IMG/VR virus record: IMGVR_UViG_3300034073_003048
DNA length: 16,920 bases
Reading direction: 5' to 3' (one strand)
Source of the DNA: a virus
Shown here: piece by piece, positions 14,062-16,920 of the stretch
Position numbering within the stretch: the first letter of the stretch is position 1
Layout of the letters: the number at the start of each line of letters is the position of its first letter
Position numbers and translations under genes: made by a program
The notes under the pieces: generated by a model
The model's database searches: none
Seen by the model: only the letters and a program-made list of their open reading frames with translations
Told to the model about the DNA's origin: nothing

Positions 14062-14605
14062 GCGCGCCATGGGCGAGCTGGAGCAGGGCGACGGGCGGCA
14101 GCTCGTCGGCATCGCCGTGCCCTACAACCGCTGGTCGAACGAGATCACCGAGCCGGGAGTCCGCGGCACGTTCCAGGAGCGCATCGCGCCCGGCGCCTTC
14201 GGCGACCTCGCCGATTCGGACATCAAGCTGCTCTGGAACCATGAGCCCGGCGCGCTCCTCGCGCGCACGAAGAGCGGCACGCTCCGCATCAAGGACACCG
14301 CGAAGGGCCTGCGGTTCGACGCGGACCTACCCGAGACCACGCTGGGGAACGACGTGCGGGCGCTGCTCGCGCGCGGCGACCTCACGGGCGAGATGAGCTT
14401 CGGCTTCTACGCCGAGGCCGACGAGTGGAACGACAAGCGCACGCTGCGCACGGTCACGAAGGCACGGCTCGTCGAGCTGTCCGTGGTCGTGGACGCAGCG
14501 TACGGAGACCGCACAAGTTCGTCGCTACGGAGCGTTTCCGAGCGCGACAGGATGGCACGCGCGCTTCGACTGCGCGAACTGAAAGGACTGATGAAATGGA
14601 TCTGA
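14051..14605 (+). CDS. Prohead maturation protease, HK97 (S78/U35) family
   Basis: ..GIAVPYNRWS..ERIAPGAF..IKLLWNHE..GEMSFGF.. GGAGGG is 8 nt upstream, and the gene overlaps the portal stop. Confidence 0.85.
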   Translation: MISRRAMGELEQGDGRQLVGIAVPYNRWSNEITEPGVRGTFQERIAPGAFGDLADSDIKLLWNHEPGALLARTKSGTLRIKDTAKGLRFDADLPETTLGNDVRALLARGDLTGEMSFGFYAEADEWNDKRTLRTVTKARLVELSVVVDAAYGDRTSSSLRSVSERDRMARALRLRELKGLMKWI

Positions 14606-15867
14606 AGATGAAGATGGAGGAGCGCAAGAAGCTCCTCACCGACATGCAGGCGCTCAACGACCGCAAGGACTTCGGCAGCCTGGAGCGCGAGCAGTGGGAC
14701 CGCATGGACGCCCGCTACACCGAGCTCGACCGCGAGATCGAGCAGGCCCAGCGCGCCGCGCGCCTGGACGCCGAGCTGCGCAAGCCCGTCCATGAGATCG
14801 CCCCGCTGGCCGTCCGCGCGGCCGAGAAGGCGGTTGCCGCCGACTTCTCCGCGTCGGCCGAGTACCGCGCGGCGTTCGCCAAGGCGCTCCGCACCGGCGA
14901 CATGGCCGAGATCCGCGCGCTCAACACCGGCAGCAGCAACGCTCCCGTGCCCGTCGATATGCAGCGGCGCATCTGGGAGCTCATGATGAAGGAGACCCCG
15001 CTCCGCGGCCTCGCGCGCGTGTTCAACGTGGCGACGGACCAGCAGATCACCGTCGAGACGGCGATCCCCACCGGCTACCTGGTGGACGAGTCGACCACGA
15101 CCACCGACGGCTACGCATCGCCGACGAGCACGGTCACCGAGTCCACCGGCACCTTCGGCCGCAAGACCATCGGCGACTTCACCTACGCCGTCCGCTCGAA
15201 GGTGTCGTACCAGGCGTACAACGACTACATCAACGGCGGCAGCTACCTCGCCAACAAGGTCGCGCAGGCGCTCGCCCAGACCGAGGAAGGGTACCTGATG
15301 ACCGGCGACGGCTCGTCGAGCGCCACGGGCAACCCCGCGCAGCCGACGGGCGTGGTCACCGCCATCAATGCGGCCGACAACAAGTTCACCTTCACCGGCG
15401 GCTCGACCGGACAGGGGTGGACGGGCCTCACCGCGGACGCCGTGATCGAGACCGCGCACCTGGTGAGCCCGCAGTACCGCCGCGGCGGTTCGCTGCGCTG
15501 GATCATGGGTGACACGGCGGCCAAGGAGATCCGCAAGCTCAAGGACGGCTCCAACCGCTACCTCTGGCAGGTCTCCGACAACGTCGCCGAGGGCCTCACG
15601 AACGGCATCAACGGCAGCCTCTACGGCATCCCCGTGGTGATCTCGCAGTTCATGCCGACCGCGACCACCGCGGCGTCGGTCGCCTTCATCGTCGGCGATT
15701 TCTCCAACGTCGAGATCTACGACCGCGGCCCGGTCGAATTCATGCTCGACCAGTACACCGACCTGGTGAAGCTGAACGTGTTCCTGCAGACGTGGAAGCG
15801 TTCGGATCTCACCGTCATGACGGGTGCCGCGGGCTACCGCCCCTTCGCGCACGCCGAGTTCAAGTGA
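14596..15867 (+). CDS. Major capsid protein, HK97 fold, with N-terminal coiled-coil delta domain (423 aa)
   Basis: ATG 14596 follows GAAAGGA and overlaps the protease stop. The N-terminus MDLKMKMEERKKLLTDMQALN... is followed by a typical HK97-family body. Confidence 0.85.
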   Translation: MDLKMKMEERKKLLTDMQALNDRKDFGSLEREQWDRMDARYTELDREIEQAQRAARLDAELRKPVHEIAPLAVRAAEKAVAADFSASAEYRAAFAKALRTGDMAEIRALNTGSSNAPVPVDMQRRIWELMMKETPLRGLARVFNVATDQQITVETAIPTGYLVDESTTTTDGYASPTSTVTESTGTFGRKTIGDFTYAVRSKVSYQAYNDYINGGSYLANKVAQALAQTEEGYLMTGDGSSSATGNPAQPTGVVTAINAADNKFTFTGGSTGQGWTGLTADAVIETAHLVSPQYRRGGSLRWIMGDTAAKEIRKLKDGSNRYLWQVSDNVAEGLTNGINGSLYGIPVVISQFMPTATTAASVAFIVGDFSNVEIYDRGPVEFMLDQYTDLVKLNVFLQTWKRSDLTVMTGAAGYRPFAHAEFK

Positions 15868-15884
15868 GAGCATCTTTCCCCATG

Positions 15885-15916
15885 GGGTTTGCCGCCGAAA
15901 GGCGGCAGACCCTTTT
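15885..15916 (+). terminator. Strong stem-loop with GAAA tetraloop and T4 run directly after the capsid gene (terminator/attenuator)
   Basis: gggtttgccgcc-gaaa-ggcggcagaccc forms a 12-bp stem (one G-U), followed by tttt. Confidence 0.55.
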
Positions 15917-15918
15917 CC

Positions 15919-16437
15919 ATGTCGATCCCCCTGAGCACAATCAAGACCGCGCTGAAGATCGACTACAGCGACGATGACGCCGACCTGATCAGGCTCAGGG
16001 AGACGGCGACGGCGTTCGTCGAGAAGCGCACGGGCCTCGCGCTGCAGCCCCGCAGCGAGGCTCTGTACCTGTCCTGGTGGACGGACAGCCTGATCCCGGT
16101 GGCCCCGTACACCGGAATCACGCACGTCCGCTACCAGAACAGCACGAACACCCAGACCACGATGCCGTCGGGCGACTACTGGATCGACCAGACCGACGGG
16201 CCGCTGAACCTGATCAGGTTCCTGGAGCACCCCGAGATCTACGAAGGCACGGCGATCACCGTGACCTACACCGTGGGCTACAGCAACATCCCCGACCCGC
16301 TCGTCCACGCGATGATCGCGCTCGTCGGGCACTGGTACAACAACCCCGAGGCCGCGCAGCCCATCGGCCTGCAGACGGTCCCGATGTCGGTCGACGCCAT
16401 TATGGACCTCTACTCGGTCAGGAGCCAGCTCCGATGA
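15919..16437 (+). CDS. Head-tail connector/adaptor (gp6-like, Phage_connect_1 type)
   Basis: The N-terminus MSIPLSTIKTALKIDYSDDDADLIRLRETATAFVEKRTG is the typical signature of this family. It lies after the capsid gene. Confidence 0.7.
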   Translation: MSIPLSTIKTALKIDYSDDDADLIRLRETATAFVEKRTGLALQPRSEALYLSWWTDSLIPVAPYTGITHVRYQNSTNTQTTMPSGDYWIDQTDGPLNLIRFLEHPEIYEGTAITVTYTVGYSNIPDPLVHAMIALVGHWYNNPEAAQPIGLQTVPMSVDAIMDLYSVRSQLR

Positions 16438-16766
16438 TCTCGGGCGGCGTCCTGTCCCACGTGGCGACCAGGCTCGCCGCCAGCGAGGCGCAGGACGCGC
16501 TGGGAATGCGCACGGACGAGTGGACGGAATCCGGCACATTCCGGTGCGACCTGCGGAACGACTCGACCACCGAGCAGCAGTACGCCGACGGCGTGGTCGT
16601 GGTCCGTTCCTGCGAGGTCCGCGCGCGCTGGCAGGCGGTGCAGAACGTCGGGCTCACCGAGCTCGACCGGCTCGCGGTGCGCGGGCGCACGCTGCGGGTG
16701 CAGTCGATCCGCAACCTGGACGAAGCCGACCGCGTCGCCGTCATCCTCTGCGAGGAGATCACCTAA
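16434..16766 (+). CDS. Head closure/head-tail joining protein (110 aa)
   Basis: ATGA overlap, AGGAG upstream. Size, position and the ..RTLRVQSIRNLDE.. pattern fit SPP1 gp16/HK97 gp9-type proteins. Confidence 0.5.
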   Translation: MISGGVLSHVATRLAASEAQDALGMRTDEWTESGTFRCDLRNDSTTEQQYADGVVVVRSCEVRARWQAVQNVGLTELDRLAVRGRTLRVQSIRNLDEADRVAVILCEEIT

Positions 16767-16920
16767 TGGCGTCCATCGAGTCCGCCATCCGCGCCATGCT
16801 GATCCGCTCGACGCTGCTGTCGGCATCCTCGCCCGTCGACGTGCCCGACGCCCGCGTCACGCACGGCTACCGCCTGCAGTCGAGCATCCTGCCCGCCGTG
16901 ACCTTCGAGGTGGCGTCGAC
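16766..16920 (+). CDS. Tail terminator/tail completion protein (DUF3168-like), N-terminal part; continues at 1..380 across the circular junction (135 codons in total)
   Basis: ATG 16766 overlaps the TAA of the upstream gene (TAATG), with GAGGAG 8 nt upstream. The frame runs MASIESAIRAMLIRSTLLS... straight into ORF 3..380. It sits between the head-closure and major tail genes. Confidence 0.55.
   Translation, partial: MASIESAIRAMLIRSTLLSASSPVDVPDARVTHGYRLQSSILPAVTFEVAS
16794..16920. repeat. Exact 127-bp terminal direct repeat, copy 2 (identical to 1..127)
   Basis: Same as copy 1. Unique length is therefore 16,793 bp. Confidence 0.97.

Noticed and set aside
15878-15887. CCCCATGGGG perfect palindrome
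   Set aside because: It is too short to interpret, and it partly belongs to the larger terminator stem, so it is not reported separately.
14407-16539. 710-aa minus-strand ORF (also 11177..12793, 7281..8477, 9292..10410, 8496..9473 and 12580..13536 on the minus strand)
   Set aside because: These lie antisense to motif-supported genes (capsid, terminase, portal, helicase). Their products are Arg/Gly/Asp/His-rich and low in complexity, as expected for stop-poor frames in high-GC DNA. No SD-plus-start context was seen.

Overview
The first 127 nt of the window (1..127) are identical to the last 127 nt (16794..16920). The window is therefore a closed circle with 16,793 bp of unique sequence. I read it as a complete, very small, high-GC tailed-phage genome, probably a metagenomic circular contig. 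All credible genes lie on the + strand, tightly packed and often joined by ATGA, GTGA, TTGA or TAATG overlaps. Going round the circle from about 10.35 kb: an AT-rich regulatory gap, a PD-(D/E)xK nuclease and an HNH endonuclease, then an A/T-tract plus G-run region that may be cos/pac. The head module follows: large terminase, HK97-type portal, prohead protease, major capsid, a terminator hairpin, head-tail connector, head-closure protein, and a tail terminator that spans the circular junction. The tail module is a small major tail tube protein, a tail chaperone, a displaced HK97-gp10-like gene, a short 225-aa tape measure, two tail/baseplate proteins and a glycine-rich fibre. Next come two small structural ORFs and a block of small membrane and lipoprotein genes with no recognisable lysin. 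A cysteine-rich gene with low GC and a small Cys protein complete this stretch. An early block follows: an RHH regulator, small ORFs, a possible Rad52-like annealing protein, an SSB-like protein ending in DEIPF, an intrinsic terminator, a hypothetical gene and a RepA-like P-loop helicase. I could not find a small terminase, integrase, endolysin, DNA polymerase/primase, tRNA or CRISPR. All functional calls come from motif recognition on the supplied translations and from GC3 frame reading, not from any database search. The long minus-strand ORFs are antisense artefacts of high GC.
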